This document shows, piece by piece, positions 1 to 9,780 of a stretch of 64,000 bases of DNA. The notes under the pieces were generated by a model. That model was not told the origin of the DNA. It did no database searches and saw nothing but the letters and a program-made list of their open reading frames with translations. The position numbers were made by a program, and so were the translations under genes. Origin of the DNA: an uncultured bacterium (GTDB taxonomy: Bacteria > Krumholzibacteriota > Krumholzibacteriia > Krumholzibacteriales > Krumholzibacteriaceae); the NCBI GenBank assembly GCA_963813815.1, contig CAWFAD010000012.1, positions 1 through 64,000 on the forward strand, given 5' to 3'. Every line of letters begins with the position of its first letter. Position 1 is the first letter of the stretch.

Positions 1-668
1 GCGATGAGCTCTCGCTTGAGGCCATGGATCGCCCGCAGGTTCTCGGAGCTCGGATTCCCCAGGAGACCATCATGCACGTCCTCGATGCGGTCCCCGAGGC
101 GCTCGAACACGACGAAGTACCCGTCGACGATCGCGTCGAGCAGGGAATAGGCCAGATAATCCGCGCCGGAGCGCCGGATTCGCTCCGTGCCGGTTCGGAT
201 GCGCTCGCGCACGGAATCGAAAACGTCGCCGACGTCCTCCTGGAAGGAGATGACGAATGACGGGCCGACGAGCAGGCTCACCTGCTCGACCTTGACCTCT
301 TCGCGCGGCTCCTCGAAGTAGAGCATCTTCAGCGAGATGAAGAGGTAGCCGCCGAAATCGAGCATCTTCGGCCGATCGAGCGTGTTGACGACGTCCTCGA
401 GGACGATCGGATGGATCCCGTAGCACGACCCGAGTCTCTCGACGATCGAAACGTCGTGGACGCCGTCGACGTTGATCCACGTCGTCGTCGGCCGCTCGCG
501 GAACGGATAGCACTCCTCGACGCCGTCGACCACGCGCTCGACAAGCCGCTCCGCGTCGTAGTCCATAACGGTGACGCGGACCTTCTCGACCTTCTTCTCG
601 CCGATGTGGACGAGCGTTCCCGGGGCGAGCCCGGCACGCTCGTGCAGGCGTTCGAGAAAACGGAGCAC
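1..668 (-). CDS. corA: CorA-family Mg2+/Co2+ transporter (3' part runs off the window)
   Basis: Absent from the ORF track; translated by hand from GTG at 668 behind GGAGG: AGLAPGTLVHIG, TWINVDG, IHPIVLEDVVN, EQVSLL..VISFQE..GDVFDSVRERIR, GADYLAYSLLDAIVD are CorA cytoplasmic-domain motifs. Confidence 0.9.
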   Translation of the reverse strand, partial: MLRFLERLHERAGLAPGTLVHIGEKKVEKVRVTVMDYDAERLVERVVDGVEECYPFRERPTTTWINVDGVHDVSIVERLGSCYGIHPIVLEDVVNTLDRPKMLDFGGYLFISLKMLYFEEPREEVKVEQVSLLVGPSFVISFQEDVGDVFDSVRERIRTGTERIRRSGADYLAYSLLDAIVDGYFVVFERLGDRIEDVHDGLLGNPSSENLRAIHGLKRELI

Positions 669-708
669 GGCGGCACCTCCCCGCGCGTCGCCCGCCGGCC
701 GGCGGCCG

Positions 709-1566
709 TCAGGCCTTCTCGTACGTGTAGAAGCCCCTCCCCGTCTTGCGGCCGAGGTATCCCGCGTCGACCATCTTTTTGAGCAGCGGGCACGCCCGGT
801 ACTTCGGATCGCCGAGCCCGCAGTACAGCACGTTCAGGATATTGAGACAGATATCGAGGCCGATGAGGTCGGCCAGCGCGAGCGGCCCAAGCGGATGATT
901 CATCCCGAGCTTCATCACCTCATCGATCGCCGGCGCGGTGGCCACGCCCTCCATGAGGCAGTAGACCGCCTCGTTGATCATCGGCATGAGCACGCGGTTC
1001 GCCACGAATCCCGGGTAGTCGTTCACCTCGACCGGGGTCTTCTCGAGCGTCTTCGAAAGCTCGACGATCGTCGCCGTCGTCTCGTCGCTCGTCGCGAGCC
1101 CGCGAATGACCTCGACGAGCCTCATGACCGGCACGGGATTCATGAAATGCATTCCGATGAAACGGTCCGGGCGGGACGTCTGCGCCGCGAGCGCCGTGAT
1201 CGAGATCGATGACGTGTTCGTCGCGAGTATCGTCTCCTTCGGGCAGAGCCCGTCGAGCTCCTTCATGATCTTCGTCTTCGTGCCGAAATCCTCGAGAGCG
1301 GCCTCGACGACGAGATCGGCCCCGGCGGCGTCGCGCAGGCTCGTCGACCCCTTGATCCGGCCGAGGATGATCCCCTTCGTCTTCTCGTCGATGGCTTCCT
1401 TCTTCACGAGGCGGCCGAGGCTCTTATCGATCGCTCCGATGCCGCGCTGCACGAACTCGTCCTTGATGTCGATCATGACGACCCCGACACCGTGATGCGC
1501 GAACACCTGCGCGATCCCGTTTCCCATCGTGCCCGCGCCGACGACCGCCACAGTCTTCACGTTCAT
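709..1566 (-). CDS. hbd: 3-hydroxybutyryl-CoA dehydrogenase
   Basis: Rossmann [47 protein letters not shown]; 285 aa. Confidence 0.95.
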   Translation of the reverse strand: MNVKTVAVVGAGTMGNGIAQVFAHHGVGVVMIDIKDEFVQRGIGAIDKSLGRLVKKEAIDEKTKGIILGRIKGSTSLRDAAGADLVVEAALEDFGTKTKIMKELDGLCPKETILATNTSSISITALAAQTSRPDRFIGMHFMNPVPVMRLVEVIRGLATSDETTATIVELSKTLEKTPVEVNDYPGFVANRVLMPMINEAVYCLMEGVATAPAIDEVMKLGMNHPLGPLALADLIGLDICLNILNVLYCGLGDPKYRACPLLKKMVDAGYLGRKTGRGFYTYEKA

Positions 1567-1579
1567 GTGCTCTCTCCTC

Positions 1580-2761
1580 TCATAGCATCTCGACGCTGAG
1601 CGCCACCGCGTTTCCGCCCCCGAGGCAGAGCGAGGCGAGCCCCCGCTTGCCGCCGGTGCGCTTGAGCACGTGGAGCAGCGTCACGAGTATGCGCGCCCCC
1701 GAGCAGCCGATCGGATGGCCGAGCGCCACCGCGCCGCCGTGGATATTGACCTTGGCCGGATTCATACCGAGCTCCTTCATGACGGCGCAAGGCTGCACCG
1801 CGAAGGCCTCGTTGAGCTCGATCGCGTCGAAATCGTCGATCGTGGCTCCGAGCTTCGCGAGCAGCTTCGGTATCGCCGCGACCGGCGCCATCATGACCCA
1901 CTCGGGCTTCATGCCGCCCGTGGCGTACCCCGTCACGCGGGCGATCGGTTTCACGCCGAGCTCGTTCGCCTTCTTCTGGGACAGGAGCACCATCGCCGCG
2001 CCGCCGTCGCTGATCTGCGAGGCGTTCGCGGCCGTGATCGTTCCGTCGGGCTTGAACACCGGTTTGAGCTTCGTCATTCCCTCGACGCTCGAGTCGGGAC
2101 GAGGCCCCTCGTCGCGATCGATCCGAACCGGATCCCCCTTCTTCTGAGGGATCTCGACCGTCATCATCTCGTCGCGGAAATATCCCTTCTCGTGGGCCTC
2201 GACCGCCTTGCGGTGGCTGTGGTACGAGTACTCGTCCATCTCCCGGCGCGAGACCTTGTATTTTTCGGATACGAGCTCGGCCGTGTGTCCCATGTGGAAG
2301 TTGTTGTAGATGTCCCAGAGCCCGTCGAAGACCATCGTATCGACTATGGCGCCGTCGTTCAGGCGGTATCCCGTGCGGGCCTGACGCAGGATGTACGGGG
2401 CGTTGCTCATGCTTTCCATCCCGCCGGCGACCACGACCTCGGCGTCGCCGAGCTTGATCGCCTGCGAGCCGAGAACGACCGCCTTAAGCCCCGAGCCGCA
2501 GACCTTGTTCACCGTGAGCGCTCCGGCGGTTTCCGTGACGCCGCCGTAGATCGACGCCTGCCGCGCCGGGTTCTGCCCGAGACCCGCGGAGATGACGTTC
2601 CCCATAATCACCTCGTCCACTCCCCCGCCGGGCACCCCCGAGCGGCGCAGCGCCTCCTTGACGACCATGGCGCCGAGCTGCGTGGCGCCGAAGGGCGCGA
2701 GGCCCCCGAGAAACTTCCCGAGAGGCGTCCTGACCGCGCCGGCAATGAGAACATCCGTCAT
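1580..2761 (-). CDS. atoB: acetyl-CoA C-acetyltransferase (thiolase)
   Basis: VNKVCGSG catalytic Cys, [17 protein letters not shown]; 393 aa. Confidence 0.93.
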   Translation of the reverse strand: MTDVLIAGAVRTPLGKFLGGLAPFGATQLGAMVVKEALRRSGVPGGGVDEVIMGNVISAGLGQNPARQASIYGGVTETAGALTVNKVCGSGLKAVVLGSQAIKLGDAEVVVAGGMESMSNAPYILRQARTGYRLNDGAIVDTMVFDGLWDIYNNFHMGHTAELVSEKYKVSRREMDEYSYHSHRKAVEAHEKGYFRDEMMTVEIPQKKGDPVRIDRDEGPRPDSSVEGMTKLKPVFKPDGTITAANASQISDGGAAMVLLSQKKANELGVKPIARVTGYATGGMKPEWVMMAPVAAIPKLLAKLGATIDDFDAIELNEAFAVQPCAVMKELGMNPAKVNIHGGAVALGHPIGCSGARILVTLLHVLKRTGGKRGLASLCLGGGNAVALSVEML

Positions 2762-2782
2762 GAGATCCTCCTTCCGTCCGTC

Positions 2783-3184
2783 CTACGCGCTCTGCGCGAA
2801 TTCTTTGCGAATGAACTCGACGATATCCCGCGTGTCGGTGCCGGGGCCGAAGAGCCTCGCCACCCCCGACTTTTCGAGCCGCTCCGCGTCTTCCGCGGGA
2901 ATGATGCCCCCGCCGAACACCTTGATGTGGCCCGCTCCCTTCTCCTTCAGAAGCTCCAGGATGCGGGGGAACATCGTCATGTGGGCGCCCGAGAGGATGC
3001 TGAGCCCCACGACGTCGACGTCCTCCTGCACGGCGGCCTCGGCGATCATTTCGGGGGTCTGATGGAGCCCCGTGTAGATCACCTCCATGCCGGCGTCCCG
3101 CAGGGCGTTCGCGACGACCTTGGCCCCGCGATCGTGGCCGTCGAGACCCGGCTTGCCGATGAGCACCCTGATCGTTTTTCCCAT
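2783..3184 (-). CDS. icmB: acyl-CoA mutase small cobalamin-binding subunit (IcmB-like)
   Basis: [12 protein letters not shown] (DxHxxG), [14 protein letters not shown]; 133 aa stand-alone B12-binding domain. Confidence 0.85.
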   Translation of the reverse strand: MGKTIRVLIGKPGLDGHDRGAKVVANALRDAGMEVIYTGLHQTPEMIAEAAVQEDVDVVGLSILSGAHMTMFPRILELLKEKGAGHIKVFGGGIIPAEDAERLEKSGVARLFGPGTDTRDIVEFIRKEFAQSA

Positions 3185-3214
3185 AAAAACACCTCCGCCG
3201 AATGCGTTCTTCGT

Positions 3215-4879
3215 CTAGAAAATGGGCGGCTCGAGGTACTCGCCGAATACTCCCTTGAGCGTGGCGATGATCTCCCCTTCGGTGCAGTACGAGCGCGCGC
3301 AATCGAGGATGACCGGCATGAGATTGTCGCTGCCCCTCGCCGCCGCTTCGAGCCGGACGATCTCCCGCGACGCCTTGTCGTTGTCCCGTTCGGCGCGCAC
3401 GGCCCGCACGGCTTCCCGCTGATCGATCTCGACCTGATGATCGATTCTGAGAATGGGAATCTCGATCGCCTCGTCCTCGAGCTGAAAGCTGTTGATCCCG
3501 ACGACGATCTTGCGCCGACGCTCGACCGCCTTTTGATATTCGTAGGCGGCCCGGCCGATCTCGCGCTGGAAAAATCCCGCCTCGATCGCCTTGACGACCC
3601 CGCCGAGCTCGTCGATCCTCCGGAAGTATTCCCCGGCCGCCTCTTCCATCTCGCGCGTCCGCGCCTCGACGAAGTAGCTTCCGGCGAGCGGATCGATCGT
3701 GTTGACGACGCCCGTCTCGTGGGCGATGAGCTGCTGCGTGCGGAGCGCGATCCGCACCGCCTTCTCGCTCGGAAGGGCGAGCGTCTCGTCCATCGAGTTC
3801 GTGTGGAGCGATTGGGTCCCGCCGAGCACCGCCGAGAGCGCCTGGAACGCGGTGCGCACGATGTTGTTTTCGGGCTGCTGGGCGGTGAGCGAGCATCCCG
3901 CCGTCTGCGTATGGAAGCGCAGGAGCCACGAGCGCGGATCCTTCGCGCCGTACTTCTCCTTCATGCGCTTCGCCCAGATGCGCCGCGCGGCGCGGTACTT
4001 GGCGATCTCCTCGAAGAAATCGAGATGCGCATTGAAGAAAAACGACAGCCGCGGGGCGAACTCGTCCACGTCGAGTCCGGCGGCGATCCCCGCCTCGACG
4101 TACGCGAAGCCGTCGGCGAGGGTAAAGGCGAGCTCCTGGACCGCCGTGGATCCCGCCTCCCGGATGTGGTAGCCGCTGATGCTGATCGTGTTCCAGCGCG
4201 GAACGTGGTCCGCGCAGAAGGCCATGATGTCGGTGATGATGCGCATCGAGGGCTCGGGCGGGAAGATCCACGATTTCTGCGCGATATACTCCTTGAGGAT
4301 GTCGTTCTGGATCGTCCCCCCCATCTCGTCGAAACGGGCGCCCTTCTTTTCGCCGGCGCAGAGGTAAAAGGCGAGCAGGATCGACGCGGGGGCGTTGATC
4401 GTCATCGAGGTCGTGATCGCCGCCATGTCGATCCCGTCGAAGAGGACCTCCACGTCGCGCATCGAATCGATCGCCACGCCGCAGCGGCCGACCTCTCCTT
4501 CGGAACGAGGATGATCCGAGTCGTACCCCATGATCGTGGGCATGTCGAAGGCGACGGAGAGCCCGGTCTGCCCGTGCTCGAGGAGATAGTGGTAACGCCG
4601 GTTCGTGTCCCGCGGCGTCCCGAAGCCCGAGAACTGCCGCATCGTCCAGAACCGCCCCCGGTACATCGTGGGATACACGCCGCGCGTGAAGGGATACTCC
4701 CCGGGGAAGCCGAGGTCGCGGAGATAGTCGAGATCCGCTGCGTCCCCCGGCCCGTAGAGCGGCTCAACCGCCGCGCCGGAGACCGTCGTGAAATCGAGAT
4801 CCTGCACGCCGCATTCGTTGAACGAGCTCTCGAAGCGCCGTTTCGCCTCGTCGAGCCGTGTTTGCTTTTCCTTGGCCAT
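3215..4879 (-). CDS. icmA: B12-dependent acyl-CoA mutase large subunit, isobutyryl-CoA mutase-type
   Basis: [51 protein letters not shown]; start MAKEK at 4879; Phe/Gln at the specificity positions. Confidence 0.85.
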   Translation of the reverse strand: MAKEKQTRLDEAKRRFESSFNECGVQDLDFTTVSGAAVEPLYGPGDAADLDYLRDLGFPGEYPFTRGVYPTMYRGRFWTMRQFSGFGTPRDTNRRYHYLLEHGQTGLSVAFDMPTIMGYDSDHPRSEGEVGRCGVAIDSMRDVEVLFDGIDMAAITTSMTINAPASILLAFYLCAGEKKGARFDEMGGTIQNDILKEYIAQKSWIFPPEPSMRIITDIMAFCADHVPRWNTISISGYHIREAGSTAVQELAFTLADGFAYVEAGIAAGLDVDEFAPRLSFFFNAHLDFFEEIAKYRAARRIWAKRMKEKYGAKDPRSWLLRFHTQTAGCSLTAQQPENNIVRTAFQALSAVLGGTQSLHTNSMDETLALPSEKAVRIALRTQQLIAHETGVVNTIDPLAGSYFVEARTREMEEAAGEYFRRIDELGGVVKAIEAGFFQREIGRAAYEYQKAVERRRKIVVGINSFQLEDEAIEIPILRIDHQVEIDQREAVRAVRAERDNDKASREIVRLEAAARGSDNLMPVILDCARSYCTEGEIIATLKGVFGEYLEPPIF

Positions 4880-4914
4880 GCCTTGCGTTTCACCTCGTTT
4901 GTGCGGTGCGCCGC

Positions 4915-5895
4915 TCACAGCGCCGGGTCGCCGGCGACGAGCCCTTCGAGCTCGCGCACGAGCCGGTACGGAGAGAGCCTTCCGTCGCAAACCTCGTCCA
5001 TTCTCCGATCGATGAGATCGCGCAGCCGGGCGTTTCCCCACACGCGGCGCTCCATCCGGTTCATGAAGGCGTCGCGCACGCGGGAGAAGAGGATGCGGCG
5101 CCGCTTGTCGCGGACGAGCCCCCTCTCCTCGAGATGCCTCCGGTGCTCTTCGATGCGCGCGCGCACCTCGTCGATGCCCGTTTCCTTCGTCGCCGAGGCG
5201 AGCACGACCGGCGGACGCCATCCTCCCTCGGGAACGTTCTTGATCCGCAGCGAGTCCTCGAGCTCGCGCGCGGCGCCGATGGCGTCGCGGTGGTCGGCCT
5301 TGTTCATGACGAAGACATCCCCGATTTCCATGAGACCGGCCTTCATCGCCTGAACGCCGTCCCCCGACTCGGGAACGAGGATCACGACGACGGTGTGCGC
5401 TTTTTCCGCGATCTCGAGCTCCGATTGCCCGACCCCCACCGTCTCGATGAGAATGAGATCCTTGCCGAACGCGTCGAGGAGGTCCGCCACCTCGTCCGTG
5501 CAGCTCGAAATGCCCCCGAGGCTCCCGCGGCTCGCGAGGCTGCGAACGAAAACGCCGGGATCGTCCGAGAGGCTCTGCATGCGGATCCGGTCGCCGAGAA
5601 GCGCCCCGCCGCTGAAGGGGCTCGTCGGATCGACCGCGATGACTCCGACCTTTTTCCCCTCCGCGCGCACGATGCGCGTCATGCGGTGGACGAGCGTGCT
5701 CTTCCCCGCTCCGGGGGGACCCGTGAAGCCGATCCGGTAGGCGCCCCGCGTCAGGGGAAATACGCCGTCCATGACCGCTTCGGCTCGGTCGCCGCCGTTC
5801 TCGACGATGGTGATGAGCCGCGCCGCGGCGGCGACTTCGCCCCTGCCGAGCCCTTCGAGAAGGCGTACGATATCCGGTTCGGCCGTCATGATCAT
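4915..5895 (-). CDS. meaB: MeaB/ArgK-family GTPase chaperone of B12 mutases
   Basis: [53 protein letters not shown]. Confidence 0.93.
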   Translation of the reverse strand: MIMTAEPDIVRLLEGLGRGEVAAAARLITIVENGGDRAEAVMDGVFPLTRGAYRIGFTGPPGAGKSTLVHRMTRIVRAEGKKVGVIAVDPTSPFSGGALLGDRIRMQSLSDDPGVFVRSLASRGSLGGISSCTDEVADLLDAFGKDLILIETVGVGQSELEIAEKAHTVVVILVPESGDGVQAMKAGLMEIGDVFVMNKADHRDAIGAARELEDSLRIKNVPEGGWRPPVVLASATKETGIDEVRARIEEHRRHLEERGLVRDKRRRILFSRVRDAFMNRMERRVWGNARLRDLIDRRMDEVCDGRLSPYRLVRELEGLVAGDPAL

Positions 5896-5899
5896 CGTC

Positions 5900-6427
5900 T
5901 CAGTACTCTATCCCCTTGCGCGCCTCGGTCCCGGACCGGTAATGATGCTTGATCTCCCGCATCTCGGTCACGGTATCGGCGAGATCGATCATCTCCTTCG
6001 GGGCGTAGCGGCCGGTGAGAATGAGCTCGAGGCCCGGCGGCTTTCCCCTCATCAGGGCGAGCACCCGTTCGACATCGACGAGCCCGAAAGCGACGGCGAC
6101 GTTGATCTCGTCGAGGATGAGGAGATCGAGGGAGTCATCCCCGGCGAGCTCCTCGGCCCGGCGCCATCCCCGCTCCGCGAGCTCCCGGTCCACGGGTTCC
6201 GGGCGCTTCGGATCGACGAACTCGTCCCTGCCGTGCTGCTCGATCGCAAAACCGGAAAGACGCGCGGCGGCGGCGAGCTCGCCGTAGAGGCGCCCCTTCA
6301 TGAACTGAACGACCACGACGCGCTTTCCGTGGCCTACCGCCCGTAGAGCGGCCCCGAGTGCGGCGGTGGTTTTTCCTTTTCCGTCGCCCGTATAGAGCTG
6401 AATCGTTCCCTTTTCGAACCCGGCCAT
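5900..6427 (-). CDS. cobO: cob(I)alamin adenosyltransferase (CobO/BtuR/CobA-type)
   Basis: YTGDGKGKTTAALG, QFMKG, LILDEI, ILTGR, ADTVTEM, ARKGIEY. Confidence 0.92.
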   Translation of the reverse strand: MAGFEKGTIQLYTGDGKGKTTAALGAALRAVGHGKRVVVVQFMKGRLYGELAAAARLSGFAIEQHGRDEFVDPKRPEPVDRELAERGWRRAEELAGDDSLDLLILDEINVAVAFGLVDVERVLALMRGKPPGLELILTGRYAPKEMIDLADTVTEMREIKHHYRSGTEARKGIEY

Positions 6428-6507
6428 GCCGAACCTCTCGCCGTCGAGCGAACGCGCCCGCCGCCCCCGACCGGCGCCGATCCGTCTATAAACCTGTAAA
6501 CCGTTGA

Positions 6508-6536
6508 AGCGTATATTAATCGCGCGGGTTTGTCAA
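6508..6536 (-). promoter_or_regulatory. putative sigma70 promoter of the cobO operon
   Basis: TTGACA-N17-TACGCT about 80 bp upstream of cobO in an AT-richer spacer. Confidence 0.55.
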
Positions 6537-6565
6537 TGCCGCTTACGGCCCTCCGAGCGGAGGCC

Positions 6566-8272
6566 CTAGGTGGCGGTCTGATGCTCCACCGACTCCATGC
6601 CCTGCTCCCGCGCGAGGGGAAGCGTCACGAGGAAAACGGCGCCCTTTCCCTCCGCGCTCGTCACCGAGATCGCGCCGCCGTGATCCTTTACGATGCGTTG
6701 CGCGAAGGCGAGACCGAGCCCGGAACCTTCCTCCTTCGTCGTGTAAAACGGGGTGAATATCTTGTAGATCTGATCGGCGGGAATCCCCGCGCCGTTATCC
6801 GCTATTTGCGCCGAGACGGCGTTCCCCTCGTGCCACGTGCTCAAGCGGACGACTCCGCCGGCGCACATCGCCTCGATGGCGTTCTGAATGATGTTGAGAA
6901 ACACCTCGTGGATCTTTACGACGTCGAACTGGCAGCGCGGCAGCTCGGGCGCGAAGCTCTTGAGGACGGTGATTCCACGTTCCTCGAAATCCCTCCGGAG
7001 GAGCTGGCAGTTGTCCTCGAGCACCTGATTCAAATCGCCCTCTTCCAGACGCAGCTCGCTCACCTTCGTTTGGAGCCCCTCGAGGTAGCGCTCGAGGCGC
7101 AGGGCCTCGTTCATGATGATCTCGAGCTTCTCGCGGTCGGCCCCCGTGATCTCCTTCGACTGGTAGAGGTTCCGGGCGAAACCGCCGATGGCGACGAGCG
7201 GATTCTTGATCTCGTGTATGACGGATGAGGTGAGCTCGCCGGAGATCGCGAGCCGCTCGGCCTTCATGATGCGCTCCTCGTACGCCTTGAGCTTGCGATA
7301 GGTCGCCTTGAGGCTCTCCACGTTTTTCTTGAGCGAATCCTTGAGCTGCGCCGCGCGGAGCGAGGTCGTGGCGTGGCTCACGATCATTTCGAGAAGGTGC
7401 GCGTCTTCGGCGGTGATCGCCTTGCCCGTGAAGATGTTGTCCACGAGCACCAGCCCGAGGCTGTCCTCGGCCGTCGCGATGGGGCAGATGCAAAAATCCT
7501 CGAGGCCGAGCGCGGCGGCGACGCACCGGTCCGCTTCGGAGGCGAGATCCCCCTTCTTCACGAAACGCACCTCGTGCATCCCCCGGATGATGACGCCGTC
7601 GAGATCGTTGATGGGGATCGCCAGATCCCCGGTCGTTTTCGTGAGGGGGCTCGTTCTGAGGGTGTGCAGCTTCTGCCCCTTGTTCACGAGCTTGTCGAGC
7701 GACAGGTTCTCGTCTTTCTCGAGAATCCGCCAGATGCTGTCCGCCTCTTCCGCCGACGAGGGTCCGAGAGCGTACCTGCCGCGCAGCAGGTCGAACTCCT
7801 GTCCGCGGAGGAACACGAAGGCTCGGTTGAAGCCGAGCCCCTGCTTGGCCGTGATGACGGTGAGAATGGCGAGCAAGATGTCCTCTTCCTTGTCGAGGTG
7901 GGCGATGATCTTGCTCACCTCGCCGAGGAGATTCATGAGCTTGCTCCGCCGGATCACCTCCATGTACAGATCCTCGACCTTCTTGGAGTACATGGAAGAG
8001 CGGACGAGCGCGTCCTCGAGCGTCTCGAGGAGCGTGATGTCCACCCAGCGACGCCCCTTCACCCGTTCCTTGAGCTGTTTGAAGAACGGGCATTTGAAGC
8101 AGCACTGGATGAGCTTTTCCTCGAGGCGCGGAAAGACGCGGTCGCCGCAGCGGTGCCCGGTGATCTCCCAGCACGGGGCGTTTTCCCGCCCATAGGCCGG
8201 GCAATCCTTCTTGTCGCAGGAGAGAAACTCCCAGCAGTTGTTGATCTTGCTCGAGTATTTGTTTTCCATCAT
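6566..8272 (-). CDS. cytoplasmic sensor histidine kinase with an N-terminal Cys-rich (two-CW) domain and a GAF domain
   Basis: N-terminal NCWEFLSC..CPAY..CWEI..C..CCFKC; GAF-like GFNRAFVFL..GLVLVDN; H-box HEIKNPL; N/G1/F/G2 boxes NIIQNA, DNGAGI, FTPFYTTK, GSGLGL; no TM helix seen. Confidence 0.88.
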   Translation of the reverse strand: MMENKYSSKINNCWEFLSCDKKDCPAYGRENAPCWEITGHRCGDRVFPRLEEKLIQCCFKCPFFKQLKERVKGRRWVDITLLETLEDALVRSSMYSKKVEDLYMEVIRRSKLMNLLGEVSKIIAHLDKEEDILLAILTVITAKQGLGFNRAFVFLRGQEFDLLRGRYALGPSSAEEADSIWRILEKDENLSLDKLVNKGQKLHTLRTSPLTKTTGDLAIPINDLDGVIIRGMHEVRFVKKGDLASEADRCVAAALGLEDFCICPIATAEDSLGLVLVDNIFTGKAITAEDAHLLEMIVSHATTSLRAAQLKDSLKKNVESLKATYRKLKAYEERIMKAERLAISGELTSSVIHEIKNPLVAIGGFARNLYQSKEITGADREKLEIIMNEALRLERYLEGLQTKVSELRLEEGDLNQVLEDNCQLLRRDFEERGITVLKSFAPELPRCQFDVVKIHEVFLNIIQNAIEAMCAGGVVRLSTWHEGNAVSAQIADNGAGIPADQIYKIFTPFYTTKEEGSGLGLAFAQRIVKDHGGAISVTSAEGKGAVFLVTLPLAREQGMESVEHQTAT

Positions 8273-8399
8273 CGACGCATACCCACTGCAACGCTACCAC
8301 AGCGTCGAGAGATCCGTAAAGGGGTAATATCCCCCGGGCGGCGGCACGGCGGCTCGACGGTGCTTCACGATCTCCGCCCCGGGGTGTAGGCCGCCGGCG

Positions 8400-9044
8400 C
8401 TACCGGCGGTAATACGCCTTTATCGAACCCCACGTGGCGGGCGTGACCGCCAGAAGACAGCCGTTCTGCAAAGCGGGAGTCGGAAAACAGTTCGTTCCCG
8501 CCGGATCGCAGGTCGTCGTGCACGGGTTGAGCCCGTCGAAGGTGACCCAGACCGACGGCTGGTCGCACCGGCGGCCGATCGATCGGTCGTCCCTCGCGGC
8601 GACCTCGGCGAAGGTGAAGCCATCGGCGAGCACCGTATCGGTCCCGGCGATCCGGTACAGCGCCACGCGATCCCCCGTGTTGTTGAGACTGAGCCCGTAG
8701 ACGGGGAAATCGTTCGCCTCCTCCCACGCTTTGGCGTCGCTCCCGTAGACGATCCGCACCGCTCCCGGATCGATCGTTCCCGCGAATCCGTACCGGAACA
8801 CCCCCGGCCCCTCCGCGTCCGCCAGACGGTACGCGGAAAGATCGACGGGCGCCGCGCCGATGTTTCGTATCTCGATCCACTCGTCGTTGCGATAATCGGC
8901 CGTGCCGTCGCCGTCCCAATCGCGAGCGGGATCGGCGACGAACTCGTTCAAGACGATCTGTGCCGGTACCGGTGCGGGAAGCGCGCAGAGCGCGAGCGCG
9001 AAGAGCGCGGGATACAACAAAAAGCGGAATATATTCCTCATCAT
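8400..9044 (-). CDS. secreted lamin-tail-domain protein with C-terminal TWGxIK motif
   Basis: Signal peptide from ATG 9044; IVLNEFVADP..DWDGDG..DEWIEIRN..VDLSAYRLAD..LSLNNTGD is typical of the bacterial lamin-tail domain; ends ATWGSIKAYYRR. Confidence 0.8.
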   Translation of the reverse strand: MMRNIFRFLLYPALFALALCALPAPVPAQIVLNEFVADPARDWDGDGTADYRNDEWIEIRNIGAAPVDLSAYRLADAEGPGVFRYGFAGTIDPGAVRIVYGSDAKAWEEANDFPVYGLSLNNTGDRVALYRIAGTDTVLADGFTFAEVAARDDRSIGRRCDQPSVWVTFDGLNPCTTTCDPAGTNCFPTPALQNGCLLAVTPATWGSIKAYYRR

Positions 9045-9133
9045 CGTCCTCCCTTCATCAACCCCGGAACACATTCCCGCGGGCGGGCTGCACGAGCCGC
9101 CGTGCCTCGCCGCCGAAAAAGACTCTATCACGG

Positions 9134-9172
9134 CGGCGCCCCGGAAATCCAGACCGAATTTCCGGGGCGCCG
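9134..9172. terminator. 15-bp perfect inverted repeat, possible terminator or processing stem
   Basis: CGGCGCCCCGGAAAT-N9-ATTTCCGGGGCGCCG downstream of the DUF6249-like gene; no clear U-tract on the minus strand. Confidence 0.45.
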
Positions 9173-9210
9173 TTCTCCGTCGAGGGGCCGTCTACGGGCC
9201 CGAGCAACCG

Positions 9211-9582
9211 CTACCCTTTCATTTGATTTTTCGCGAAACCCGCCGCCACGAGCAGCCCGAGACCCATCCCGAGGGGGATGAGGCCGAACAGGCCGTTTCT
9301 CAGCCCCGCGTGCACGGATACCGAAATGATGATGCCGAGCGAGATGAAGGTGATGACGAGCCCCCAGCCGAGGAGCGCGAGAAAATGATCCGTTCGCCGG
9401 GCCGGGCCTTCGGGCTCGTCGGGGATCGCTATCCCCTTCTCCATCGCGATGATCCGCTCCTTGTGCTTGAGCTCTTCCTCTTTGCCGCGGTAGATGACGC
9501 CGAATATGGCGATCGTCATGCCGCCGAGGACGGCGATAATGGGAATGAGGACGGCCAGCGTTTCGGGTCGGACATCGAACAT
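9211..9582 (-). CDS. small membrane protein, DUF6249-like
   Basis: LIPIIAV..TM..HKERIIAMEKG motif followed by two more TM helices; ATG 9582 behind AGGAGAG; divergent from an ECF sigma. Confidence 0.7.
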   Translation of the reverse strand: MFDVRPETLAVLIPIIAVLGGMTIAIFGVIYRGKEEELKHKERIIAMEKGIAIPDEPEGPARRTDHFLALLGWGLVITFISLGIIISVSVHAGLRNGLFGLIPLGMGLGLLVAAGFAKNQMKG

Positions 9583-9649
9583 GACTCTCTCCTTTCGCTC
9601 CTGTGTCGCGGGGCCGCGTCGAACCTCGCGGCGGCCCTTCGTATCGTGA

Positions 9650-9676
9650 GACCGGCGATTCGCCCGAAAAGTTTCA
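9650..9676 (-). promoter_or_regulatory. ECF-type promoter for the DUF6249-like gene
   Basis: TGAAAC-N17-GGTC, same spacing as the copy upstream of the sigma gene. Confidence 0.65.
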
Positions 9677-9733
9677 TGAGAATCACGCGCGGGAGGAATT
9701 CCTATCGCCCGCTCCCGGGGCGTGCGATAATCT

Positions 9734-9760
9734 TGAAACCTCGCGGGGGGTTCGCCGGTC
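9734..9760 (+). promoter_or_regulatory. ECF-type autoregulatory promoter for the sigma/anti-sigma operon
   Basis: TGAAAC-N17-GGTC ending 20 bp upstream of the GTG start. Confidence 0.65.
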
Positions 9761-9780
9761 AAACCGGCATGGAGGAATGC

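Noticed and set aside
1670..5353. 1227-aa plus-strand ORF, and similar ones at 12692-16468, 20223-23720, 47560-49977 and 51557-53851
   Set aside because: Antisense shadows of clear minus-strand genes; stop-poor frames are expected at high GC and they have no recognisable motifs
6428..6565. Possible cobalamin riboswitch ahead of the B12 operon
   Set aside because: Only about 75 nt lie between the predicted promoter and cobO, and no B12-box sequence is visible
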